Assembly (NCBI GenBank): GCA_040954595.2
Contig: CM082590.2
Span: forward strand, 3,348,001-3,412,000
Reading direction: 5' to 3'
From: Balanoglossus misakiensis
Lineage: Eukaryota > Animalia > Hemichordata
Length of the DNA stretch: 64,000 nt
A model generated the notes under the pieces. The model was not told the origin of the DNA and ran no database searches. It saw only the letters and a program-made list of their open reading frames with translations. Shown here in pieces: positions 25,959-39,266 of this stretch. How positions within the stretch are numbered: position 1 is the stretch's first letter; every line of letters starts with the position of its first letter. Both the position numbers and the translations under genes were made by a program.

Positions 25959-27200
25959 CTGAAATACAACACAGTACAATTATTTAACAAAAGGTGTATG
26001 TAAACAATGTCTACTCTGATTGTAGACAGATTTGATTAAACATTTTATGAAACATTTAAAGGTAGGAACCTCTAATAAAAGCCAGTGAGTCAAAGGACAA
26101 AACTGAGACTTTGTCCCTTTAACCCTTTCACCCCCAGTTCCTTCTATACAGGTCGAACCTTTTCATAGATAACAATGGGTTTAGACTGAACCTTGGTTGT
26201 GAAAGGGTTAATGGGCTTCAATAATGAGTTTTCTTTAAAATAAGAGGGTGTTACTTAAGGGTTATTACACTAAGTTTGGTCGATAACGCGTCATATTTGA
26301 GTGATAGTATGCCAAACTTGCATGGTATGTACAGCGTGATTACTGCACACAAACATCCCTCTGCAATACACAAACACCATCCAACTTAAAATCAAATGCC
26401 TAACAAGTAGCTATTTGATATTTTGTGAATCGGTTTTATTCTATTCATATTATATTATTTTATATGTGATGTTGATTAACTTGCATTTTTGTCAGAATAG
26501 AGTGGTATACATACAAGGTCTTTCTAATGTCAGGTGTCTATAAAAAGATAAGCCTGTTGCATCATTGTATAAGTGGTATAAGTCCATGGTGCCAGTAAGA
26601 ATTGGGGTAGGTCTTGTAATTGGAACAGTGCATGGGGGGGGGGGGGGGCTGTTATGTGCACAGTATATGTTGTTGCAGACATTTGAATGAAATATGAAAT
26701 AGCAAGAAATAGTGGGTGCATTTGTGCGACTCAATTTGTTACTATTATTTTGCAGAAGCTGAGAAAACACGCCAGTGCTGTGTACACACCTGTGCATCAA
26801 AAGGCTTCTCTGAGGATAGTCATTACACGCCCAAACGAGGGTAAATCATTCCCAGGGCAAACTATGTAAGTGTCAGTTCTTCATGTAAGCACGCCATCGC
26901 TCACACTTCTGCATCCCCCCAGTCCACGTCAGTATATACATGCATAATACACCCCTTCTCTTTAGTACCTCATGTTATCCCATGCTTGCATTTTAATACA
27001 CAGTTTAATTATGTAAATTTGTTGCTTTTAACAGGGAAACATTTTTTTTTCTCAATGAATTTGTTGACATAGGTCATGTTTATTCTGAATGCAATCATTT
27101 AGCCTTCTCTTTGTAAGTAAGTGGGGATTGAATTTTGTGAGTACTAAATGACTTTCACACCAATGTAATAATTATTGGTACTCTTTTTAATTTCAATCAG

Positions 27201-27940
27201 GTGATTCTAGACGAGGGCGAGCCTCTGCCACTGCAATATGAACGGCTTTCCAACTCCAACGTAGCGATTCCATCTGCCTGGTTGAGCATAACTTTAGGTA
27301 GATGCAAGAACAAGCCGCCATCTTACGTCATAAAAAAGCTGATGGATGGGTTGTTTAAAACCCGAACATCTGAGCGGGAAGAATACCAGCGCATTTATTG
27401 GAACACCCTACCAGCATGTTGTAACGGCACTGACTTGTAAGTAAAAGGTTTCTTTAAAATGTCGAAATGATTGTATTCTATGATAATGACATTTTTTGCA
27501 TGTCCCTGGAGTGAAATTCTTTGATTGGCTATCCCATATTCACTGGATTCAAAATAAATATCATTATAAAGGTGCATCTCATCCTTATACATTTCATTTT
27601 ATTTGTTCTGACCATCTACTACAAATACACTCGATGAAATTTATCAGTTAGGTCAACAGTTTTTGTACCTGAATGATATTAAGTTTTTTTCCTGAATTTT
27701 AGTTGAATTGTGTGACTTCCGGTTGGTGGAAATTACTCGTATTGGGCAACCGCATATGTAACAATTATGCTTGGCAATCTTCTCCTTATTACTGCATGGT
27801 GTAACTGATATGTGTTTATTCTTCTCTTTTTCAGTATTTGGTGTCAACAAACTGAAGATGTCAACAAAAGAGCTGATCCATGCATTCAATGCGAAATGCG
27901 CCACATGCAAACGGGCTGTCTTAAATAAAAACAGAGTGTA
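27201..27940 (+). pseudogene. Spliced BEN-domain gene remnant (transposon accessory gene)
   Basis: Exon about 27201-27436: YVIKKLMDGLFK/PEHLSGKN, with one frameshift and a gtaag donor. Exon about 27834-27940: ELIHAFNAKCATCKR. Confidence 0.6.
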
Positions 27941-28265
27941 GTAGAGTAGGAAGTTTGTAGTGTAGTTTTTTATATTGGAAAAAAATTGTAGAGTAGCAAG
28001 TTTGTAGTGTAGTTTTTTTTATATTGAAAAAAAATTAGAGTAGCAAGTTGTTTGTAGTGTAGTTTTTTATATTGGAAAAAAATTGTAGAGTAGCAAGTTT
28101 GTAGTGTAGTTTTTTTTATATTGAAAAAAAATTAGAGTAGCAAGTTGTTTGTAGTGTAGTTTTTTATATTGGAAAAACATTTTTTGCAGAGGAGCAAGTT
28201 GTGGTGTTTATATTTGTAGTGTAGCTTTTTTATTTTTTGAAAACCAATTTTTGTAGTGTGTAGTT
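27935..28265. repeat. Minisatellite, unit about 45-50 bp
   Basis: agagtagcaagtttgtagtgtagttttttatattggaaaaaaaatt repeated about six times. Confidence 0.9.
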
Positions 28266-29018
28266 TTACCATGTTGATTTTTTAGATTTCTTAACCCTGT
28301 GATTAAAATAGATTTTTTTAAAAATAAAAACTGTTAATTATAGTTTGCTTGTCTCTGAGGTTTTATGGGGGGTGGGGGTGGGTGGTTCAATGGTACCCCT
28401 AGTTAATTGTCTTGCTGCAAACTCACTGTAATGTTCAAATTTTCAAGGTGGCAATCTTGATTGCTGTGAACTCACTGCAGTATTCAAATTGCTGTGAACT
28501 CACTGCAGTATTCAAAATCTTGTTGCTGGAAGTTTGCAACAAATTTGCAAGTCCCCTAATTTGCATGGTAAAATCAGGACTGTTTGCCACTTTGCAGCAG
28601 CAGTTTGCAGTGAGTTCGCAGAATCCTGCTGCAGATTTGCGGGAGGAGTTTGCAGCAGGCCCTTTTTTCGTAAGGGATGTCCATATTATGGACATCACGA
28701 GGATGCGTCACGTTATCGACCAAACTTAGTGTAATAACCCCTTTATCATACATGAACAGTAGCCCATAGCCAAGTGTGACAGGGCGATGCGATCAGGTGA
28801 TCAACGTATAGGCCGTAGTATCATTCTAAGAGGGTTGGCAGCTTTCATTATGATGGGCACATGTGATTCAGGTCCCTCCCATCTACCTTAGCTGAGCTTG
28901 GGATCGCTTCGCCAAAGTTTATATGACAAGGGTGTTAGCCCATTCCTATCACAATAGGCTAGCTATATCGTTTATATGCCTTAATGAATTAATTAATATG
29001 ACTGACTGACGGACTGAC

Positions 29019-29060
29019 TGACTGACTAACTGACTGACTCACTGAATGAATGAATGAAAG

Positions 29061-29090
<30 letters not shown>
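29019..29090. repeat. Compound microsatellite (GACT)n(GAAT)n(ATCA)n
   Basis: Directly visible. Confidence 0.9.
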
Positions 29091-29091
<1 letters not shown>

Positions 29092-30311
29092 TACCCAGAC
29101 ATGGCATGGAGGGATTCACCTCCTGTTGAGATGTTCGCACCCCCTAGCAAATTGTCACAGGTGGGGTGGTCAGTGGCCCTTAAAATGATGTCACTCACAT
29201 GATAGAGATATTAATTAATTACATAACTCCTTTCCAGAGTGTGCTCTATTTATAGTCTGCACTATATACAGGTAAATGTGTAATGATATTTCAATAACTT
29301 TTGGAATCACAGGTCAGTAGAAAGGTTGATTGAACAAAAGGTTTTGAAATTCGTTCACCTTGTATTGGAACAGCTCTTACAGACATCACAACATCATTCA
29401 ACGCTAAATCTTCGTAACTTTTACATACTGTTAATATAAATATAATTATTTTTCTTTAAATTCATCCAAATATTACAATGTTTCTAGCAATTTCATAGCT
29501 GTATTATAGTTATTAAGATAATACTGTGTGTATGATATATACTTTGTGGATAGGATACAGATCTTTGCTTATTACCAAGAATATAACACCATGTGTTTGG
29601 ATTTTAAATGCAGTTCGGAGCTGACTGTGTTGCATTTTGACTGCAAAATTAAAATATTTAGTTACATTTCCTTGCATTTAGTGTTGAAAATGTCACTTTC
29701 AGCTTTAAAATGAGCACTGATATCTATGGAACTAGAAGAATTGTGCTTTCTATTCTACAACATACAACATTTACATTTAATCAAACAACAGGATGATATT
29801 TGACAGTCAATCAATAAATATAACATACGTGTGAGTTGCATGTACAAAACTAGACACATGTATGTATGTGATATTTAAAGGGACATTAACTGTTACACAT
29901 GCTCTACACAGAACTCCACTTGTCAGCATAACCTGTATGTGTGTAACGGCTATTGAAATGAATTCTAGTCCAGACTTGAATTCAAATTCACAATAACAAT
30001 ACTGAACAGACACACCTATATTTCATCATGATTCAGGGATCTGAAGAAGACACTGCAGTAAATACTTAAAACAAAAATACTGAAAAACAAAGTGAAAAGT
30101 TACAGCTAATGAAGCTTTAACTATGTTCAGAAACAAGTAGAACAGGCAATCAAAACACATTATAAACATTGAGAAAAACACCCAAAGTTACATGTACTAC
30201 CGGTATCTATGAGGGCCCGTTCTGGTCAAAATTGTAGTTTATTAATAAAACATGTTAGAATTAATTTTACCAGTATATAGAATTATTTTTTATGTGCTTT
30301 AATTATTTTTT

Positions 30312-31813
30312 TGTAGTCATGCAGAATTAATTTTATGTGTTCTAAATAATTATTTTAGCTTATCTTTGTTAGAAATAATTCTGCCAACATCTCGAATTAT
30401 TTTTATGTGTAGACTCGAATTAATTTCACGTGTTGTGTCGAATTAATTTCACGTTGTCAAATAATATTGCCCTTACAATCCTTTGCGCGTAAATCAAGAT
30501 GGCGGCGGCTGAGCATGTCTTTCTCGCCGCATAAAGTTAAAAAAGGGGCCGTTGTACAAGTTGTGAAACGTTTTGGGGCGATTTGCTGTCCAATATAAAT
30601 GCAGTGTGCTCGAAAACGGCGATCGGTCCACGAGTTTTGGTCTACAGACAGAATTTTCTAGTCAAACCACTCAAAACCACTACCAGTTGGTGTAATCGCC
30701 AGCCTTGCTATGGTATAGCCCAGCTCTGCGTACAGTGTTCTTGGCGTGGAGGCCGTGTCATGGCGGGAACACACAGACCTGTACACAGAGCTAGCTGTTG
30801 CCCCGCGTTGCCAATTCGCCTTGATTGAATAAATTTTGACATCTGAACATACAAAAATTGTGTTAATTTGTTATTTTCAGAACTAAGAAATAGCTGTAGG
30901 GCCCAGATCCCAGGAAACGGCGAATAAAATATTCCTTACAATTTCCTTGTAAACTCAAGTTTTGTTTAAATAAATTTAAATTAAAAAGACAAAGTCTCTC
31001 TCTACATAACCATATTTAATGATAGCTTGCATTCTAGATTTACAACTGATAAGATAGGGTGTGGGGCATAGATAGTAAAGGGGCAGACCCCGAAGTCTCC
31101 ACCTCCTCTGTAGGCTGCATTCACAAACACCATTGGAGGGTGGGGGGGGGGGGGGTGGGCGAGAGAATTAAAAAAATTTACCGCTAATTTTCACATGCCC
31201 CCCCCCCCTCCCCCCGACACAACCCGAAATATTTACAAATCCCCCTTCCGAACTGCCAAAATTTTAAACACCCTCCCCCTCCATTTTCTTTCACAGAGCA
31301 AAACACATCACCTATCTATCTTGTAAAAGATGATATTAATTCGACACTACACCTGTAATTAATTCAAGTCTACACGTAAAAAGAATTAGATATGTTGGCA
31401 AAATTATTTCTAACAAAGATAAGCTAAAATAATTATTTAGAACACATAAAATTAATTCTGCATGACTACAAAAAATAATTAAAAACATTGAATTCCCCCC
31501 AAAACGTCTCACAACTTGTACAACGGCCCCTTTTTCGAACTTTATGCGGCGAGAAAGACATGCTCAGCCGCCGCCATCTTGATTTAAGCGCAAAGGATTG
31601 TGGGGGCAATATTAATTTGACACAATGTAAAATTAATTCGACACAACACGTGAAATTAATTCGACAAAACACGTGATATTAATTCGACACTACACCTGAA
31701 ATTAATTCGAGTCTACACGTAAAAATAATTCGAGATGTTGGCAAAATTATTTCCGACAAAGATAAGCTAAAATAATTATTTAGAACACATAAAATTAATT
31801 CTGCATGACTACA
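30312..31813. mobile_element. Foldback-like element with arms of about 270-315 bp
   Basis: 30312-30578 is the reverse complement of 31497-31813. Modular aattaattcgacac subrepeats; extra partial arm at about 31336-31480. Confidence 0.8.
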
Positions 31814-33094
31814 TGTCGGTCTCTGGCCCATGGACTATAACCAAACAATGATAGTCCCAAATAAAGCCAAGCCATCAACTCCAATTTTGGTTTATTGGTG
31901 ATGTTTTCTGCGATCATGCTGGATGCAATGCGGATATAATAAAACTACTCTGTGAAAAATATGTTTGTTTACAAATTTGTTCACCTTTGTGGGTATATTG
32001 AACAGAAAGGGTTACTCCCCTTAACCTCTCAACAAACAAACAATCTTGACAATATTTGTAAACATACATATTTTTGTCACACATTTTTATATTAAACAAA
32101 CACACACACACACTGCAAAGCAGGAGGAAGAGCTCCCTGTGGTCTTCCCACAAACGTTGGAATCACACTGCAGTGGTCGCCTGATTCAACCAGTAAAGGT
32201 CACATGAGGTCATCAATTGTTGTCGGTTTTCTGGTTGAATATTCTCTGAAAGCACGCCTTAACATTGATATTTTGCAATTGGTGTCAATAGTCATGAACT
32301 TTAAATAATGGAGCATCACTCGGCCCCAGTTACTAAGTTGTGATAGGGCGAAATCAACAGCGGAAACTGATTGTCGATCGTCCATGTCTCAAGCTTACCT
32401 TGTTTACGGACTGAATCAGGGGACTACAGTAACGTTATCGCGATGAATGTGATTCTACCCACACATTAAGTCGTGAAAACTATCAGTGATATCTTAAAAC
32501 ACACTAAATACTGTAATGTTTCAATACTCACTCCGCCAAATCTGTATATAGGAATAATGATGGTGGACAGTGTGGGGGGCCTGAACCCATGACTTGCAGA
32601 AAACAGCTGGTACTTGCTCGCTCCTTGGCTTTGCATGTTTTCCGCTATTCTTTCAGAGAAATATGACACCGTCCTGGATGTGTAACAAACACTGGCCAAC
32701 TAACGTCCATAGAAAAGGCGACATTGGAGTTGACGACAGAAAAAACTGGCAGATTCGCTAGCCTGCATGTCACACATGTGTTTACAACGAAGACACTGAA
32801 CGGGTCAAAGGAAACGGGTCGAAGGTCAGCAACAGCGCCCTCTTGGGGTATATTCTGCGGAACTTTTGAAAGTTCCCAATCTCGTATCGTAAGGACGCCA
32901 GCAGGATTTCCCGCGACATTTTAATTCTCATTCAAATATGAAATAAATAAAACTAACCTGGTCTGAATTGGTTTGTTTAAAAGGGGAGTTAGGGCAGGGT
33001 CTTCTTTCGGTAGTTTTGCCCCCCAATTAAGCCTATCTACGGAGAGGATCTCTTATTCTTCAAATTTATTAATGGAAGGCGCGTTTATGGCTAA

Positions 33095-34274
33095 GGGACC
33101 GTTCATGATCAGTTTTTACGACCGGGGGTGGGGGCAAAAACCAAAGGGGGGGGGGGGGTCACTTAAATTTTGAAGTCCGAAAGTGGGGGTAATCTTTTTT
33201 TTTAAGTTTAGAGGGGGGGGTCACATACTTTTGCCACAAAACTTTTGCTTTTGAGTCCACAAAATTGCAGTTTCGCGCCCTTAATTTTACAAGATTTTCT
33301 AATATGGGAGGGGGAAACCCAATCCCACACCCACCCCTCCATTCTTCGCCACATTTCATTTATTGTCTGGTTTGTCTAGTGTACAAGGGCAGACTACTTG
33401 CCACCCCACCACACCGATGCGTATACCAAGTGGAGTTGCAAAAGTAAAATTGGTCCTCCCCAATATTGAGTTAAAGGGACAAAGTCTCTCTCTCGTTGCC
33501 CTTTATTCAATTGGTTATGTTTGATACAAGACACCTTTATGTTATTCTACATTGTGGATACAAAGTGATCAACGTTCAACCACACACAACTTCCATCCAA
33601 CTTGTAGACACAAGAGTGAAAAACTTGCCAAAATGAATAATCGGTGCTTACCATTTATTCATTTTGGCGGGATTTTTACTCTCATATCCTACAAACAGGA
33701 TGGCAGTTGTATGTGGTCAAACATCAATTCACAATATATCCACATGTAGAATAACATAAACGGTGTCTTGTATCAAACATACTTCATGGAAAAAGGGCAG
33801 AGAGAGAGAGACTTTGTCCCTTTAATTTCCTTTTGAGTTCATTAAAATGCAACTTTCAGCCCGTTATTTTACAAAATGTTCTTATCTGGGAGGGGGACAA
33901 CCCCTGCCACACCCACCCCTGCCACTTTTCTTGTTTTACCAATCCTACCAACTATTGTATTGACTTGTCATTTTAATTTATTCAGTATTCATTCTTTTTT
34001 GCAGCGATATACTAATATAAACTTCAATTACTTTAAGAAATTTATAATTGAGGTGTGGGAAGCCTCATTCCCTTTATTGCATACAGTGTACATTGGATCA
34101 GGACGGCAAATGTTTTCGGCGTGCGGGGGGGGGGGGGGGGGGTCATCATGTTTTTTGGCCTGTCAAAGGGGGGGTCATCATTTTTTGGTCCTGGGTGAAG
34201 GGTGAGTCGGCCTGATTTTGAAAACCCATGACACAAACTTGCCCCCCCCCCAGCCGTAAAAAATGAAAGGTCCT
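33095..34274. mobile_element. Harbinger-like MITE (TAA TSD) with nested Kolobok-like MITE
   Basis: gggaccgttcat...ttttacg.c.ggggg mirrored at the right end; taa on both sides. Confidence 0.7.
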
Positions 34275-36701
34275 TAAGCGTTTAAATCCTTTCCTAAACA
34301 TAGACCTAAAGAAGGTAAACCCGATGAAGACTGGTTGGTTTAAGGGGAGTTTGACTATGAGTATGACTTGTTTGAAACATCATACAATAGGTGAATTAAG
34401 TAACGTACTATATAACGCGTATCAACTTTCAACGGCTATCTCCGAAAATGCGCATTTGAATTTCACAAGAATTTCAGAACTAATTACCAGAATTGCACTA
34501 AATACAAATTGCACTCAGAACAGCGGGTATAGCTGGCAAACATACTTATATCAATAACACTGTTTTAAGGACAGTTGATTAAGCCTGTATAAGAGATCGT
34601 CTCTAAAGTCTTCGATTTGTAGATTTGGCGGTCAAAACTATAAAACGAAGACTATTTAAGGTAGTGGTCTACTCACAATCGAAAATACAATCTAATAGAG
34701 AGAAAACTTCACGCCACAGATAAGGTAAACTTTTATTATTGCATATGTACTACAGAATTCCAAGCGGCCTATTAGGCACCGACTAGCGCCACAATTCTAT
34801 ACACGTAACCGTCATATGTTTTGTAACCAAAATGTCTGGTTATATTTACGTGCATGGGGTTGAAGGGAGAAATTTTGAAGAACAGTCCTCAGTCCCCCAA
34901 AAAACAAACAAAATATAAACCACTCATAAAAACAGCCGTCGTACGCGTCACCGCCAGACATCGTTGCTTTTGGTGTGAAATGTCGGTTACTACAGTTAAC
35001 AGTTCACTTACCTCTGGATCCTTATCTTCTCGAGAAGCCATGGTTACGTCATTGACATTGTGTTGGAATACTTCAAGAATCTGGATCAGTAGCACCGCTT
35101 TAGAGTTGAACAATTCAGCTTCGCAAATGTTCTATAATGGCGTCGTCGCCTACCTGGTCAGGTGATGTTGACAACAAGTTGGGGAAAACCCCGATAAATA
35201 AGGAAGTACACTACAAAGTAAAATAATGACAAGAGTTGGGTCAAAGTTCATGACGCCATGACACACATATATACACTTCAATACTGTGGTGACGTCACAG
35301 CAGAATTCCTAGATTTCTGTTTAAATCACTAAACTTGTTGGCACATTAAGCAACAATTTGAATATTTATGTTTTATAACAGTACGAGCAGTGGAATGAAG
35401 TGGCCTATAATTCCCACTTCACAAGCTTCAGTAAAGGTTATAGTCTCGCTTTGCAGACTCTTCTCGCTTCACTAGTTCGCCACTGGCGATGTGACAATGC
35501 GAGGAGTGCAGCCAAAAGTGTCCGGGGAGAACACAGTCGCAGGAGGGTTGTGTTGAGTTTACATGGCGATCGCCTATGACACTTTTCTGTGTCATAGGCG
35601 ATCGACCTGTTATACAATCCAACCCCCGTGCGACTGTGGGGGGGGGGGGGGGGGGGGGGATCACTGCATTCCATTGTGATGACGTACACACATGACAGGC
35701 AATGAATTCAAATATTATAAAGGACCCTTGACCTACATGTAGTTGGCTTTCAGTCAATGCGTGATGTGCCAGACAGTATGTGACTGACCGACAGGCCCCG
35801 TCGAAGTTGACAGCCCAGTGCAGTATAAAATATCGTATACATGTACTGTGCTGTCAAATACAGCAGTGTCTGTAATCATGTGATAGTGAGTGAATATCAT
35901 TGCACATCTACAACTACATTTACTATCGAGGATTTTGTTTCGTTTGTCAGTTGCGGGTGATTTCCTGTGAGTGTTGAGAAATTTAGTATTTCCCGTCTTT
36001 GCAAATTGGCATATTTTTCCAATATGTAGCATTATAGCCAAATACCACATTCTTGCCAAATGTGTCTTAAAATTTGGAATTGTTGCATGAGAGATTGAAA
36101 ATCAGAATATATTATATAGAAATGAATCCACTCTCATACAATCAATTTTAAGTGGTCAATGACCTTTAATGTACTGTTCATTAAAATAAAAGATAGAATT
36201 CATAAGAAATACAAGTAGTAAAACATTTCTAAAATATAATTCAAGTGACCATCCAAAATAACTAATAAACTCAAAAATCTTTGGTAGAATGAAGCTGAAG
36301 CAAGTGCTGACAATTAATGATTTATCTCAAACTTATATTATTAATCATTTTATCACCATGGTTTAGCTTAAATTCATTGTCTTCTAGAGTAAAATTGGAC
36401 CTCTATAGCAGGAAATGGGGTTGAAAGGATTAAGGTAGTCTTGTACCTTGAAAAATAAAATCTTAAATTTAGACCAAAAATTTAGGGTCATGGTGCAAAT
36501 TTTAAATGAGAGAACAAGACTAACTCAAATTTGAAATTCATAGTGGCCACCAATGTCAGTGTAAGCTCAATAGAGAATGCTCCCCTTTGACATGACCCAC
36601 AATGCAACGCGCAATGAGTGGATCCGGTCACGTCTACGTCTGCGCTCATACGCGCTGTCAAACGATCGCTCCGATGGTTGACGATCACTGTAAACTGTAC
36701 A

Positions 36702-38542
36702 ATGTTTTCTCCAAAAGTTTTTCGGCGAAAACGGCGTGGTCGTGGCACCTATTGCTGTATGCCAATGTGCACAAACAGCAAGGGTTCTGATTTGGAAGCT
36801 GGAATACGGAGATCGTATTATTATTTTCCTATGAAAGATAAAAAGAGATTGAAGCTTTGGAACGATGCGATACGACGGGGCGAACCAAACTGGGAGCCGA
36901 AGTCATGGATGAGGGTGTGCTCAGATCATTTCCCGAAAGGTACGTTAGAAAAATCAAGAATCAAATAGAGCATCGTTTATGTGTAGTGTTGGGATACGTA
37001 ATAAAAAGTTTGCTTTGGGAGAAACACGAAACGATGTACAAACTGAAAGTAAGATCCCCTTACAAGATGGCGCGCTACCTAGCAACCGGCATCAACAACG
37101 TTGTCTCGGCAGTGTGAATGACGTAATCCCAAACATGGGCATTATGAGCGCCCTCTGCAAATCATTTGGGGACGTTGTAACCAGGTTTATACTTTAAAAC
37201 CCTCGAACCCTAAATTTGTTTCCATTCAAAATGTGTGATTGATGATAAAGAAGTTTTGAAAACCATTTTGTGTTTCTAATTACAGGAAAGAGTGATAGCC
37301 CGTCAGATGAAGGCTATGTGCCGAAACTGAAGATCAAACAAACAACTCCGAGAACTAGTCTGACATCATCAAAGCAGCAAGTTAGTCCACTTAAGAACCA
37401 AAGAGCATTGATGAAGCCAAAGACTAGGAGGAGGTTAACTTTTGCCAGGAAAGGAAGACCCCGATCTGAACTGACCATTGTCCCTCCACCATCTGCTGAT
37501 CACACCTATGTACAACCCTCCATGGAAGAAATTCACAGTGAGGCCCATAATAAAATTGCAGAAATGGAGTATGAAATTGAGAAACTGAAAAGACAAACAC
37601 TGCGATTAGAGAATATAAAACACAATCCCAAAAAATGCAGTTTTGGACAAGATTTCCTAACTACGGTACATTCTATGCTTTATTCAGCTATCTGGAACCG
37701 ATAGCTAAAAATATGAAATACTGGAGTGGTTCCAGGACCCATTTGTATGAACATTTCAGTACCAGATGCTCAAGTAACCCTGGGTCTGACCGGAAACTGA
37801 CACTTGAGGAAGAATTGTTTTGACTTTGGTACGTTTAAGTGTTGGGCTTTTGCTTCAGGACTTAGCAGAGCGATTTGATGTATCTGTCAGTACTGTGTCT
37901 ATCATATTTAATACCTGGGTAAACTTGATGTGCATGCAACTTGAGTTTCTATGCAAACTTCCACCGAGTGTTTTCACTCAAGAAAATCAGTCCCCTGTTG
38001 TAAATGATTTCTCAAATATACAAATTATCTTAGACTGTACCGAGTTATTCATACAGACACCAAAAAGATGTGATGCTAAAAAGCAAGTGTTTTCAAATTA
38101 CAAACACCACAATACATATAAATACCTAGTTGGTATGAGCCCAAACTTGGCAGTCACATACATCAGTCGGCTGTATGGTGGACGTGCATCAGACAAACAT
38201 ATAACAACACAATCCTGTGATTTGATGGACAGTTTGAGAGACAATCAGGGGGCGGTGATGGCAGATAGAGGGTTCAGGATTGAAGTTGAATTGTCAGATA
38301 TTGGTGTTAAGTTCTATGTTCCAGCATTTAAGGGATGTGATCGACCACAGCTTTCCAAGCATGAATTAGAATATTCTGAGAGAGTTTCAACTGTACGAGG
38401 GCATATTGAGCGTATTATCCAGCGTATAAAGACGTATCACATTCTTGATGGTGATCTGAAACTGTCGATGCTGGAATCAGCAGAGAATATTTTCAAAGTA
38501 TGTGCATACTTGGTGAATTTCCAAACACCAATTGTTCAATAA
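36702..38542 (+). pseudogene. THAP + HTH + DDE_Tnp_4 (HARBI1-like) transposase, 2 exons (36702-36939, 37286-38542), two 1-nt frameshifts
   Basis: CCMPMC...W...RVCSDHF THAP motif; ILDCTE, MADRGF and RGHIER give the D-D-E triad. Frameshifts fall in an A-run near 37630-37635 and a T-run near 37818-37821. Confidence 0.9.
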
Positions 38543-39266
38543 TAGGTTTGGGCCCAATCTGATTATAATCAGATGTAGGTTTGACTCGATCTTGACCTGA
38601 TTCTTGGATGTTCTGTTCTTGGATGTCCATCTGTAGTGAGGCGAACAGAACAGTCAAGAATCAGCTAAGGTAAAGTTTGGGCCAACCCCACATATGATTT
38701 AATCAGATTGTTTTGGGCCAAGCTGTCAAAGTCAATGTGCAAAGAGACAGTGAATACATACAATAAACATGAATGTTTATTTCACCAAAAACATGACTTA
38801 CATGTATTTATTATGTATAATGGACTGACATGCAAATGAACTGACATCAAGCCAAACATCTCATGCTTCAGACTTCAGTTTCTCAACACATGGGTTCACA
38901 TGCACAGGAGTTTCATATTGGCACGTTGTATTGTCAAATATAGAAATGTATTGAACAATGGAATGCCATTGGTTATGGCGATGGGTGTGTAACACCTCAA
39001 AGTACACGCATAGACATTAGCACAGCAAGATACATTTCCTTATTATACAAATTCATTTTGTTTCCAGATATCAGTGGGAACTGAGACCAAGTGTAATATT
39101 TAAAATGTAAAACTGGAAGAAAGTAATCCATGACTTATTTCAAGCATTTCAAATTGACATCACATTTCATCAAGTGGCCTTACACTCTTGAGTAATTTGG
39201 TGCTCTCGCCTCTCATCCTAACAGTTTTGTGTGCATGCCAGTACTGGTGTTTTTTCTGTTGATAAA

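Larger units (their letters stand above)
26258..28742. mobile_element. PIF/Harbinger-like non-autonomous element, TTA TSD
   Basis: About 30-bp TIR gggttattacactaagtttggtcgataacg / cgttatcgaccaaacttagtgtaataaccc; tta at 26255-26257 and 28743-28745. Confidence 0.85.

Noticed and set aside
28412-28734. Overlapping ORFs on both strands
   Set aside because: They arise from tgcagc/tgcaaa subterminal repeats; no protein motif.
38880-39266. PHD finger downstream of YqaJ
   Set aside because: Only scattered Cys-containing fragments with stops; cannot be supported.
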